Counted from the whole stretch's first letter, positions 24,746 through 37,996 are shown. The stretch is 63,156 nt of DNA, filler included, from Olpidium bornovanus S191 (GCA_017911155.1; 27 parts of 27 records of this genome joined end to end with filler, not necessarily neighbours in it), one strand, 5' to 3'. A program made the numbers and translations. The notes: generated from the sequence alone by a model not told the origin.

Positions 24746-25807
24746 AGAGAGAGAGAGAGAGAGCAGAAAGAGAAAGAGAGCAGAAAGAGAAAGAGAGCGA
24801 AGACCGCTCGGGGCCAAAACCCGTAGACTTTTTTCGCATCTAGATTTTATTTATTTATTTATATATTCGTTTTCTTTTTTTTTTAATTTTTCCCGGCGGC
24901 TTTTACGCTCTCCTCCCCCCGACAAGCTCAAAACGCGCCCTTCTCCCACCCCGTTCTCGCCCTTTTATTGGTTGAGAGCACCCCGCAGAACGCGTTTCTT
25001 CGGCCTTCTCCGAGGTCTTCGTTTCTGTATACACCGCGCATGTCCCGCTCGGGTGGCCCCGCCGATGTCTCCGTAAATACATAAAAATTTTCCCGAACGA
25101 AGGAGAGAAGCCAAAAGGAAAAAAAAAAAAAAAAACCCCCCAACGTGTTCTCGTGGACGGCTTTCGCCCCCCCCCCCGGCCGAGCGCGGCTCGCGGCCCC
25201 GGTTCGGAGACGCGGGGACCCCCGGTCAGGCCAAGAAGAGAGCTCAAGCAGGAAGGGAAAAGGGGCCGTGCCAAGAAAGAGCGGCGCGGGCCTCGTGAAC
25301 GCCTCGCGTGCTCTGCTTTTGGTATCTGGCTCCCGTGGCTTTCCTGGTTCCAGATTCGTCCCATTCTCCGTCGTCGAACTCCCCTCCGGCGAAGGTTCTT
25401 CGAGACTTACAAGAAAAACCAAGTCTTGGTGTTTAACATCTCAACAATAAATCATTTTTTCTGCATGGCGCGCAATATCGACTCTTTCGCCTAATTATAA
25501 CATCAACATCCATCCCAAACGGTATCTTAATTCCGACTCCGAGAGACAGAACTAACAAGAGGGAGTTACTAATAAGGATCGAAGNNNNNNNNNNNNNNNN
25601 NNNNNNNNNNNNNNNNNNNNNNNNNNNNTTAATTAATTAANNNNNNNNNNNNNNNNNNNNNNNNNNNNNNNNNNNNNNNNNNNNCATGAAAATTACTTTT
25701 CTTCCCAAGCCTAGCATTGTCAAAGAGGCAATGGACCTGTCAACACGCATTTCCCGTCACGTCCAATGGCCGAAATCACGTCCAGCAGATTTGTTGCGCA
25801 TCAAAAG

Positions 25808-25881
25808 TGGGCCGATGGAGGGTCGAACTCGGGACCTTCCTTATCCCAGGGGGATGCTCTAACCAACTGAGCTATCTGTCC
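25808..25881 (-). ncRNA. tRNA-like Pol III cassette in the TRIM 3' LTR (loop CTGGGAT, degenerate stems)
   Basis: GGACAGATAGCTCAGTTGGTTAGAGC...GAGTTCGACCC...TCGGCCCA with A-box, B-box and a following CTTTTG. Confidence 0.8.
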
Positions 25882-26040
25882 TATTCACTAGGTGTCTGGC
25901 TCGCCCTGCGAAGCCATTCTAACACCCCCCCTCGAGCCAGGCACTTCAGGCACTGCTGTCAATGGGGATCGGCCACCTGCGCAACTATAACCGGAGAGAC
26001 TAAGTCACAATTGGGCTCATAAGCTGTTGCACATCAAAAG

Positions 26041-26114
26041 TGGGCCGACCAAAGGTCAAACTCGGGACTTTCCCTATCTCGGAGGGACGCTCTAACCAAC
26101 TGAGCAATCTGCCC
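26041..26114 (-). ncRNA. tRNA-like Pol III cassette in the TRIM 5' LTR (loop CCGAGAT)
   Basis: D stem GCTC/GAGC and anticodon stem TCCCT/AGGGA pair perfectly. The B-box is mutated (GAGTTTGACC). Confidence 0.8.
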
Positions 26115-26205
26115 TATTCACCAGGTGTCTGGCTCGCCCTGTGAAGCAATTTTAACAGGATTTATGCCAACTTGCCCTCCGCGGCATAATAAGCCCGGTA
26201 AGCCC

Positions 26206-26860
26206 TGTTGAAGTTGAATTTATGGTGGAGTTCTGTTTTGGTCTGAACCCCTCAATGTTGTACTACTCCTATAACGCGTAGATTCCCCTTTCTTGAATAA
26301 AGTCGCCCCGCGGCGAAACACATAACTTAACAGGATATGAGCCCAACTCGGACCTGACCGCTCCCGCAGCGCCGCCCCGCCGCTGGCCGACGCTTCGCCA
26401 TTGGCATCGTTGACGCTTCGCCTCCGGCACCGTTGACGCTCCGCCCCCAGGCACCGTCGACGCTTCGCCCCTCGGCACCGTCGGCGCTTTGCCCCCGGCA
26501 TCGCTGCTCGCCGCTGCCGCCACTGCGCCGTCCGCCGTCGCGGCAGGGCCCCAACGGACTCTGACGGCTGACCCCCGCTCGGCCGCCGCCGCCGCGTTCG
26601 CCGCCGTTTTTGCCGCTGCCGCCATTTTCGCCGCCGCTTTCGCTGCGCCGCTTACTCTGCGGTCTTTCCCGCCGCCGCCGCCCTCTGTCCGACGCTTCGC
26701 TTTCGCCGTCCGACGCTTCGCTTTCGCCGTCCACGCGTCGCCTTCGCACTGTCCGACGCTTCGCTCCCCGTTCGGCGCGTCGTAGGCATCTGTGGCTGGT
26801 CCTCGTCTGATTCTTCTTCCACGGCCGTCCCCTGCAGCGCCGCGGCAGCCTTGGCCCGGG
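26206..26860 (+). mobile_element. Copia-type 5' LTR (26206-26332, 127 bp), half-tRNA-iMet PBS (26333-26344) and GC-rich leader with 21-bp tandem repeats
   Basis: TGTTGAAG...CTTAACA is immediately followed by GGATATGAGCCC, a 1-nt variant of GGTTATGAGCCC. Arrays of GGCACCGTCGACGCTTCGCCC and GTCCGACGCTTCGCTTTCGCC follow. Confidence 0.75.
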
Positions 26861-27335
26861 GCCCTCGAACCGGCCTGCTCTGCGTAATACTTCCCCCTTC
26901 GGTTTCTTTCTCACGATCCCTGCCCGTACGCCGCTCCTCTTCTCGGGGTCCGAACCGTTGGTTTTTTTGTTGTTGTTGTGTATTTTCGCCGTGTCGTAGT
27001 GGAAGGGAGGAGTGGCTTCCGGGAGCTATTCTATGTGTGTGGCATGTGATACTTTGACGCGCCCTCTTGGATCGAGTGTGAACATTGGGAAAGTTTGGAG
27101 AATGAGCGCAAGGGGTANNNNNNNNNNNNNNNNNNNNNNNNNNNNNNNNNNNNNNNNNNNNTTAATTAATTAANNNNNNNNNNNNNNNNNNNNNNNNNNN
27201 NNNNNNNNNNNNNNNNNATTCCGTTACCAAGCACAATAGCCAAAAATAGTTTGAATGGCCGTGGCGTTGTAATCCACAAAATGGCACGCCACAGTGCGCT
27301 CCAAATGCTGTCCAGGAACCCCCCGGTGTGTCCCC

Positions 27336-28375
27336 ATGCTCCCCTCGAGCGCAGACCGCGAGGAGGGCGGCGGCCGGGCGAAAAAGGAGAGGCCGAAGGG
27401 CGACGTGAAAGTCCTCATCAGCGACCTGATGGGCCGGCTGTCGCCGAGCCCCCGGTCGCCGGTGACGGCCGCGCGGCCGGAGCCGGACCCGGCCGCCGGC
27501 GCTCCGCCCCAGACTCCGCAGTTGCGGATGGGAGCGTCGCTGTTCGGCACGCCGGACGGCCGAACGCTCGGGGACTACCGCCTGGAGAGGACGATCGGCG
27601 AAGGGGCGTTCGGCAAGGTGAAGCTCGCGACGCACCTCATCACCGGGCAGCAGGTAAATCTCCGGCGGGGCGCGGTTTTTTAGCGTTTCGCCCCTCCCCC
27701 CCCCTCTCCCCTCGGCCGCCACCGCCGAACCCGGGCGGCGAAAAAAAAACGCTTCGACGTCCGCCGGCCGGGGGGCATTGAAACCGTGCGGGTCGCGCCC
27801 GGCAGGTGGCTGTCAAAGTGGTGGAGAAATCGCACCTCAAGTACGACGCGGCGGAGAGGCTGGTGCGGGAAGTGCTCGTCCTGAAGCTCCTGGAGCACCC
27901 GAACATCAACCGCCTGCTCGAAGTCGTCGACACGCCGGCCGCGGTGTACCTGGTGCTCGAGTACATCTCGGGGGGCGAGCTATTCGACAGGATATGCGCC
28001 GCCGGACGGTTCGGCGAATCCGACGCGCGGGCGTACTTCCGGCAGATCCTGTCTGCGGTCCAGTACTGCCACGCCCACGGGGTGGCGCACCGCGACCTCA
28101 AGCCGGAAAACATCCTCGTGGACAAGGACGGGGTCCTGAAGCTAATCGACTTCGGATTTTCGAACCTGATGAGGAAGGGTTCCCACCTGGACACCTTTTG
28201 CGGCTCGGCCGCTTACGCGGCGCCAGGTGCGCAAGAAGGGGGGGAGGAAGGGGAGGGGCTTCTCGTCGATGCGCCCGCGGCGATGCGCCGGACCCCGCTA
28301 ACTGCCTCCCCGCATTCTGCAGAAATGCTCTCGGGCAAAAAATACACCGGAAACGAGGTGGACATTTGGTCCATG
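27336..28375 (+). CDS. CAMK-group Ser/Thr kinase of the MARK/KIN1/SNF1 family (exons 27336-27653, 27806-28226, 28323->28375); 3' truncated
   Basis: LGDYRLERTIGEGAFGKVKLATH, VAVK, HRDLKPEN, DFGFSN, TFCGSAAYAAPE, EVDIWSM. Confidence 0.93.
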
Positions 28376-28496
28376 NNNNNNNNNNNNNNNNNNNNNNNNN
28401 NNNNNNNNNNNNNNNNNNNTTAATTAATTAANNNNNNNNNNNNNNNNNNNNNNNNNNNNNNNNNNNNNNNNNNNNTCTTAGGTTCGACGCGTCAAT

Positions 28497-28553
<57 letters not shown>

Positions 28554-29259
28554 ACCCCCCCCCCCCCCCCCCCCCTTCTTCACCACCACCACCACCACCG
28601 TCACCGCCACCTCCACCTCCGGCCCGCCAGCTCAGTATTTAAGGCCAGAAGAGAGCATGGGCGGATCAAATTAGCATCGCGGCAAAAACGCGAACGGTTA
28701 TTTCCATTTGCGAGAAAAACCGCGGGAGGAAAGGGGTGGAGGGAAGGGAAGGAGTGGGGTGGGGGTGGGGGGGGACCGTCCTCTGGGAAACCCCACCGTT
28801 CGCGGCTACCGGGGATAAAGAAAGGGTGGGTGGGTGGGGAAGAAGTGGAAGGATAGAGCGAACACCTTGTAGTCGTGTTTTGATTTGTTGTCATTTGCGA
28901 TTTGCGAACCCGCAGTGGGCGTTTGAAGGGGGGGGGAACGGGGGGAGGGGGAGGAACAAGAATTTCCAATTTCAGCGTGAGACAAGCTGAACTTAACACA
29001 CACTCACCCACCCACCCCCGCACACACACACACCCCGCGCGCGCGCCCCTCCCACCTCCCACGTCCGCTTTCCCTCGCACGTTTTCCAAGAGGGCTTTTG
29101 CCGCTTTTTTTTTTCTTTTTTTTTTTTGGTCTCGCTTGCTGCGGGGTCGTGGAGAACGCGACTTATACTCCTTCCCCCGCCCATCCCCCCCCCCCCCCCC
29201 CCTTCCCCCCACCCCAATTCCGCGAGACAAAAAAAAACTGTGGGGCAATCCACAACGAG

Positions 29260-29306
29260 ATGGAAACGCCCGTCCGAGTTTTCATACGGTTTCGTGGTCC
29301 TGGAAG
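29260..29306 (+). CDS. Possible first exon of a kinesin motor protein
   Basis: METPVRVFIRFR resembles the kinesin beta-1 V-R-V-x-x-R-x-R motif and is followed by a GT donor. No further exon is visible. Confidence 0.25.
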
Positions 29307-30149
29307 GTGGCGAATTTAGTGAGCCGACCTCACTTCCGCCTTTTCTTGCTTTGCTTTGCTCTCCCTGTTTCCCTCCCACCCGCCGCACTGTTCCGTGTGG
29401 CATACGTGTGTTGGTAAACCCCCGTAATCCCCCCTCTCTCCCCTCCCCATTCGGCTGTCCGAAAGAAGGCGAAGGAGGAGCCCAAAAAGTAATATGGAGT
29501 GCCAAAACCGTTTTTTCGATTCGCCGGCCGCCCGGACGAAGGTTGCTTCGACCTGCGAGTTTTACGTCTTACGATTCGGCATGAAAAACGCTGCTTTTCC
29601 GTCGGGGCGAAAAATAAACCACGTTTAAAAGGCCTCTTCAAACGCGAAGAAAAAACTCGATGTTGAGCCGGTTAAGTATGATGCGGCGGAAGACCAAACA
29701 NNNNNNNNNNNNNNNNNNNNNNNNNNNNNNNNNNNNNNNNNNNNTTAATTAATTAANNNNNNNNNNNNNNNNNNNNNNNNNNNNNNNNNNNNNNNNNNNN
29801 CATGCTTATTACTATAAAGCATTCGTTATTTAAACAACAAAAATAATTATAATATAATGCTGCGTACTATTTTGCACTAATAAAGTCTATACCTGAGTGA
29901 CACTTTAATCGTAATGGAAATGGGCTACTATCAAATAGCGAATAATTAGTAAGTAAATGTGGTAATATTTTATACTGATATAAAAATTATTAAATATTTC
30001 ATTCATTATTTCTTTAATGTTATATATAATTTTAGCTAGTAAATTCTAAGTTAGTTTAGTGGTTTATTTTAATTTAAACGGTAAGGAAAACGAAAACGAC
30101 AACGCGCTCTCCAGCACAAGGGAAAAAGACAAAAAAAAAGAGAAATAAA

Positions 30150-31530
<1,381 letters not shown>

Positions 31531-32035
31531 AGGCTCAGCATTTCCGCAAAAAAGTATGTTAAGAAAAGCAGTAAACTCGGCGCCGCTACGTCCACCGGTC
31601 ATCTCGTTTTTACGCTCTTCTTTGCAGAACAGGACGTCCCAGGAGTACCTAATCCGCGGAGGGATGCGCTCTGCGGACCATCTGAACCGTCCCCGGGTGG
31701 CCCAACCACCAACGTTCGTAATTGAGAACGTTTGCGACGGGTCACTTGCGCACGTTCCGTGGATGGTATGGGATGCGTTGTGGTGTAAGTATCGCCGACG
31801 CAGAGAATTAAGCCAGTAGAAATTGGAGGAGGAGCATGACGAGAATGTGCGAACAACAATGCCAGGTGAAAAGCATTCGGGAGCCAATTAAAAAAAAGGC
31901 AAGTGGGAATATAATAGAAATGAGCAGGACGACCGACGAGAAAATGCGACAGAACGTCGAACGTGATTTTTGCGCGGATGCTGAGCGTCGACCTGACTAT
32001 GCCCGCGCGAGGGGCGACGCCTTGCGGCGTTTTTT

Positions 32036-33576
32036 TCAGACCGTCACCCCCTGTGCCATATTTGCCTCCTGACCCACCGTCGTCGACTTGAATTGAGCGG
32101 GGGCGTTGGCGGAAATTCCAGGCCCACCGCCCGTGTTCTGGCCGCCGGCGACGAACTCCTGCATTCTGCTGTACTCGTCGATTTTGTCGAGCAGGGTCGC
32201 TGAGTATCCCGGCGAGTAATAGCGTACGATTTCCTCGGGGTAGCACTCGTCAATGACGCGGATGTACTCTGCCATCTTGGAGCTGGACAGGTTCTGCGCG
32301 CCGCCTCCTTGGGCCTGGGCGAGGCCGGTGGCGATCTCCTGCACGCGCTGCAGTCCACCCGAGGTGACGAAGGCGCGCCGGGCGGCGACGTCGTGCGGAA
32401 GGATCTTGGCGAATTGGGCGACGACGTACTTGAGGATGTTGGGGGGCGTCGAGGGCTGCAGCAGCGGTTCCAGCGCGTCCAAGTGCAGGGTCTTTTCGAG
32501 GATGCACTTCAGAGCGCGCTTGGTCTTGGTCTTGAAATCCGCGCCCACCTCCTCCCCGCCCTTGCCCACTGACGTGAGCACCTTTAGCAGCTTGGAGAGG
32601 ACCGCGTGGTCGGCTAGCGTCTTGGCGTGGTCGGGGCTGTGCCGACCGATTTGGCCCAGCGACCAGGCGCACGCCGCCTGGGGAGTTCTCCGCCGCACGA
32701 ATGATTTTGGCGGGGGGGGGGGGGGGGGGGGGAAAGCCGATGAAGCTTCTGGACGGAGGAGGTACAAAGAAAAAAAAAAAAAAAAGAAAAAAAAAACCGG
32801 CTCACCTTGATGTGCTCTTCCGTCTCGGAAACGAGCGCGTCAGAAAGAGGCTGCACGCCCTTGGATACGATGACGGAGAGGGCCAGCGTCTCGGAGAACG
32901 CGGCGATGTAGCCGAGGGCCATGATGCCGGGGAGGCGGGCCATGCCCCTCGACTCGTTGACGTAATCGACGATGGCGGCGATGCCGCCCGAGTTGACGAT
33001 GAGCTGGGCGAGCTCGGCGGTGTGCTTGGCGATCTCGCACACGAGGGTGGCGGCGTTCTTCCGGACGTACCCGTCGAGGTCCTTGAGGCAGTTGAGCACG
33101 TTGGGGAAGATCTCCCCGTCGACGACCATCTCCGCCAGGTCCACGGTGTGCTTTGCGATCTGGCTGAGGGCCGAGCACACCTGGCACTTGAGCTTCGCGT
33201 CCGGGTTCCCCAGGAGCGGGGCGACGAACGGGATGGTGTTCGCGTCGACCACGGCCTGGGCCAGCTCCGGGCTGTGCTTTGCGATGTCCGAGAGCGCGGA
33301 CGCCGCGATCCGCCGCAGGCTCAGCTCGGGCTCCTGCACGCACAGCACCAGCAGCGGGATCGCCCCGGCGTCCACCACCGCCTGCGCCAGGTCGCCGTTG
33401 TGCCGGGCGATGTACCCGAGCGCCCACGCCGCCGCCTCCTTCACGCCCGGGTCGAACTCCTCGAGGCAGGACACCAGCGCTGCCAGCGCCCCCGAGTCGA
33501 CGACGGACTGCGCGAGCTCCGGCGAGTGCTTCGCCACCGCCCGGAGGACGAACGCCGCGGCTTTCTTGTAGAACCT
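32036..33576 (-). CDS. SPAG6: Axonemal central-pair armadillo protein SPAG6/PF16 (exons 33576-32806, 32677-32036); 5' part missing
   Basis: RFYKKAAAFVLRAVAKHSPELAQ, EEFDPGVKEAAAWALGYIARH, AAWSLGQIGRH-type ARM repeats and the C-terminal YPEEIVRYYSPGYSATLLDKI. Confidence 0.96.
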
Positions 33577-33759
33577 CTGCCGCGAACGGGGCACCCCTCC
33601 CGCCGGGGGCGGAAAAAAATAAAAAAAAACGTTGGGGGAAATCGGGGTTAGGGTGGGTGGGGAGGCGGGGCGCGGAGACGGGGGGCGGCCCCGCGGACGG
33701 CGTTGGACTCCCGCTCGGGTGTCATTCCCGGGCGGACCGGCTGGTCTTTTTTTTTTCTT

Positions 33760-33790
<31 letters not shown>

Positions 33791-34339
33791 GGGGTGGGGG
33801 GGGGGGTTCCCAGGNNNNNNNNNNNNNNNNNNNNNNNNNNNNNNNNNNNNNNNNNNNNTTAATTAATTAANNNNNNNNNNNNNNNNNNNNNNNNNNNNNN
33901 NNNNNNNNNNNNNNCGAAGCGGCTTCCGGTCGCCCGTTACCAAGAGACCGTGGCCGAAATGGGACTTGTCTCCGTTCGTCGCCCTTGAGAAGGTTTCCTC
34001 ACCCGTTTACCTTGTGTTTTGCCTTGAGAAAAGGCATTCTCTCCTTATTCCGTCCGACGTTGACGGACCATGTTGTTTTTATCCTCTCTCTTTTGTTTTC
34101 TATTTTTTTCTTCTCTCATCATTTTTATCATTTTTATCCGTCACTCCCTGATGCTCTTTCGCACTCTGGGAAGGTTTTCCCCTTTATTTCATTTGTCTTT
34201 TCCTTCTCCATCTGCGAGAGCCCGTCCTCTACCGACCACCTCACGAAGGGGGGTGTTGACGGACTTTTCTGTGTGGGTCATGTGACTCTGATTTCGGGTG
34301 ACCCCAGCCAAACAGGGCTTCTCAAGACGCCTTCCATAG

Positions 34340-34620
34340 TCACTTTACCATACACAATAAAAGAAAACATAACCAGACCGCTGCAGCCACGCGCTCTTCG
34401 CAGTCCTCATGCGCGGTCAGGCGAAAGTACCTCAACAGCTCGGAATCAGTCAACTCCCATTGCCGCACCGCAACCTCAAACTTTCGTAAGTACTGTGTCA
34501 CGTTCTCTTCCTGAAACAAGCCGTTCTCTTTGGTGTACTGGACCACCGCCGCGCGAACTTCCGACGACCGCATCTGGGCCACCAACACCTGCACGTCCAA
34601 AGCGGCCATCGTCGGCTGTG
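34340..34620 (-). mobile_element. Ty3/gypsy-type gag remnant
   Basis: FQEENVTQYLRKFEVAVRQWELTDSELLRYFRL resembles fungal gypsy gag (F-x-G-x-N-V-T-x-F/Y-L-x-x-Y/F-E). Homology stops abruptly. Confidence 0.55.
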
Positions 34621-35020
34621 CGCCCGACAGCCCCTCGTCACTTACCTTCCCGACCCTCAAGTTCCTGCCCGGGAGCGCCAATTTGTCGGGTAATAACTCG
34701 ACCCGACGTGAGTTCGCAGGTTGCTGTTGAGGATAGCCCCAGGCTCTATCGCTGCCGTGCGGCAAGGGACTTGTCCGCTGTCGGGCACGCTTGCTCTCAG
34801 CAGGCCTTCGAAGGAGTCTCCGATCGTACGGGCGCCCAGCCAAGGTTCTCGAACCCGAGGAGCGCGCCAACCCTCCGTCGTTGGAGGGTCACGGTCGCAC
34901 GACGTCCGGACCAAACGTTCNNNNNNNNNNNNNNNNNNNNNNNNNNNNNNNNNNNNNNNNNNNNTTAATTAATTAANNNNNNNNNNNNNNNNNNNNNNNN
35001 NNNNNNNNNNNNNNNNNNNN

Positions 35021-36564
35021 CATGCTGAATAAGCTCCTGGAGCACCGTCGTGATAATCTGGATGCAATAAGGCAAGATTCAGGAGATGGCGAGCGTTTTA
35101 TGCAATTAGCGGTGTGCCTTTGAATCTTATATCCTTCGCACAGCTGTGCAGCTGCCGTACGTCGTATCAAGAAACAACTCTGGCGGCGTTGTGATCTCAT
35201 CAACCGGTCGGCCGTATCATTGCTTGTTTTCGCCCTCGATCTTCGTTCGCACCTCGCCGAGTTGGAGCAGATTATCCTAATGGGAAACGGCGACTTCGTT
35301 GTCAGCCTTACGCGTGCCGTCTTCGACCGAATCGGGGATATTTCGCCGTGGAGCTTAACTATGGCACAGGCGTCTCGCGCGTTCGTACCTGATGGACAGG
35401 CGATAACGCGGGCTCTGAGTTCCATTTTGATAAGCACGCGCATGAACGACACAAGAGGTGTTTCCAGGTTGGACGATCGGCTGTCGTTTGCGATAGATGC
35501 GGATGCTGCTATGTCGGTTTGGGATCCATTTGGTAAGTAATAAGCCTGATTGTCCGTCGTCAGATCTGACGTGGTCACACGTTAAGTGTTTGATTGATTT
35601 TTTTCCACTATAATTCGGTAATTATCCATCAGCTCTGGAGACGTTCGATTTCCTGCGCATACACTATAGGCCGCCACGGCCTCTGGACATTATCCTTACT
35701 CCTCGCGTTTTACAAAAGTACAACCGGATATTCGTCCTTCTAGTGCGTCTGCAGCGAGTCGATGTGTCTCTTCGACGGGTGTACACCCGGTGCCACTATG
35801 CGGAGACACGAGCGCGGCGAAACACGGTTTGTAGGTTGCGGTCTTTCGGCGGAGAAAGCGGGCGCACCACAGTAAATGTGGTGAAGCGGCGTTTGAGCCC
35901 GCTGGCGAGCCGGACTTGGGCGCGATTCAGACTGGAAGCGCATCGGTTCACCGAGGCCTTCAGGAACTACGTGTTCCGGGTCGCTATTGGCGCCACGTGG
36001 CACTCGTTTCTCGAGAGCTTGGGGGATATAGCTCGCGGCGCGCGACACGCGGATGATTCAGGAGGCGTAAAAGATTCGCAGTTACCGCGCACGGTGTCGG
36101 AGCTCCGGGCGTTACACGAGGCTGCGGTGGACCAGATGCTGGCCCAGTGTCTCTTAAAGCGTCGACAGAAAGGCTTGGCCGGAATCGTTAACAAAGTGCT
36201 CTCCATCGTGCTTGCGCTCGACCGGATCTCGGCTTCCCTGGAAGAGCATGAGAAGGACGAACCGGTCAGCAGCGAGGAGGCTGGCGACAAGCGGGAGGTT
36301 GAGGTGGGGGCATGCGACGACGTCGAAGAGCTTTACGGCAAGTTCCGGTCGCACGTCATCTCGCTGTTGAGGATTCTGCGGAAACAGGGACTCGCCGCAG
36401 ACTTCGGCACCGAGGTTTCCGCCGCTGCTGACAGGCGCGAGATGTCCACTATTGAGGAGCTCGTCGAACGGCCCGGACCAAGCCTCGAGTTCCTTCAACA
36501 CTTTTTGGTCATGTTGGATTTCAGCGAATTCTACGAAGCGGACGAGCAGGGAGAGTTTGTGTAA
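35021..36564 (+). CDS. Gamma-tubulin complex component (Spc97/Spc98 family, GCP5/GCP6-like), C-terminal part
   Basis: LDLRSHLAELEQIILMGNGDFVVSLTRAVF and FDFLRIHYRPPRPLDIILTPRVLQKYNRIFVLLVRLQRV match the GRIP2 domain. Short GT-AG introns. Confidence 0.82.
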
Positions 36565-37996
36565 TCTCTGGTTAAGCTTGAATCACCGCGGCGCAGGAGC
36601 GATCGCATGAGTTCGGACCCCGTGTTCGTAGTGCGGCAAGAGGGGGAAGGCCGCGTTCCAAGCCTGTCGATCCTCGCAGGCACGACGGAACGAGGAGGGG
36701 GGGGTGGAAGGGGGGTAAATGTTTCGCGCGTCAGAATGACGACGCTTGGTGCGCCGACGTGCCGGCCAAGGGAATCCGTCTCGAGCGTCAGGTCGGTACC
36801 TGAATCTGGATCCACCGCCGTCCAATGCAAGCTCGCGAGCCAGCCGCTGCGGACTCGCCGACGACAACAGGATGCGACGTCCCAGTTACGCGCGCCCCGT
36901 TCCAAAGCGGTCAATGAAAACGAGATGCTGCGCGATTTTTTTTTTTTTTTTTTTTTTTTTGTTTTGCACTTCTCAGGGTGTGCGTCCGCGCGTGACCCAG
37001 CGGAAAAGATCCACTCTGTAGAGCAGCGGCATCGGGGTGAGGGAACGGTTTGCAGTTTGGAAGGTGGAAGGGGCAGGAAAGAAAAATGCACCTAACAAAA
37101 AAAAAAAAAAAAAAAAACAGCAGATGTAAAAACCGGGTGGCAGATCGCCCAGGGTATCGGAGCAGGCGAGAAAAACATGCGGGTTGAGCTTGATTAGAGA
37201 CGTGGGGACGGCAGGACGGAAACAAAAAAAAAGCAAAGAAATAAAAAAAAAACTACATGAGAGCCGCAACCAAACTGGTTTCTTTCTTAAAAAATCAGAA
37301 GGGAGAGAAAGAGAAAAAAAAAATCCAGCGTCGTCGCGCTGCCTGTTGCGGTTTTCACCGGTTCAGCGAAGGGCTTTTCTGGACGCTGGCAGGGCGTCTC
37401 TCGAACTCGTGGCCGTTGTCGTCGTCACCGGCATGGATGTCCACGTCTTGAAACCTTTCGGACGTCGGCGTCCGCGGAGACGCTGACCTGCGGGCGGTCG
37501 ACCACGCGGTTGCGGCGAGCTGGCCCCCGCCCCCATGGTTTGCATCGCGGGCGGCGGCGTTGTCGTCGTCGGCGTCGTCTGCAAACTCGCCGTCGGAGTC
37601 CTGGCGAACGCGGGGACCGGTCAGATTAGCAGCGGTTCGCACGGGCGGGACGACACAAAACCCGACCTGGCCACGGCTCCCCCTTCCGTCCCCCCCCCCT
37701 TCTTCCCCCTCACCCACGCACACACACCGGCAACCCCGACCGACTCACCCCGAAAATGTCAAAGCTCTCCATCTCCATGTTTTCTCTCCGGCCATCTCGC
37801 CCGACGGGCTCGTAGGCGTTCGCGCCGCCCCTCGCAAACAGCGAGAACCTCCGCACTCCGGTGGAGCGCAACAGGCCCCCGCCGGTCGTCGGAGGGNNNN
37901 NNNNNNNNNNNNNNNNNNNNNNNNNNNNNNNNNNNNNNNNTTAATTAATTAANNNNNNNNNNNNNNNNNNNNNNNNNNNNNNNNNNNNNNNNNNNN

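Larger units (their letters stand above)
25792..26157 (-). mobile_element. Complete 366-bp TRIM with tRNA-like cassettes in both LTRs (5' LTR 26157-26025, PBS 26024-26013, PPT 25934-25925, 3' LTR 25924-25792)
   Basis: Two gap-free 133-bp LTRs (TGTTA...GCAACA) about 86% identical. PBS GCTTATGAGCCC directly after the 5' LTR. GAGGGGGGG directly before the 3' LTR. Flanks AGATT (25787-25791) and GGATT (26158-26162). Confidence 0.92.

Noticed and set aside
25808-26114. Two ordinary tandem tRNA genes or a SINE pair
   Set aside because: The shared sequence extends to TG...CA ends with PBS, PPT and TSD, and each copy has broken stems. A TRIM explains all of this better.
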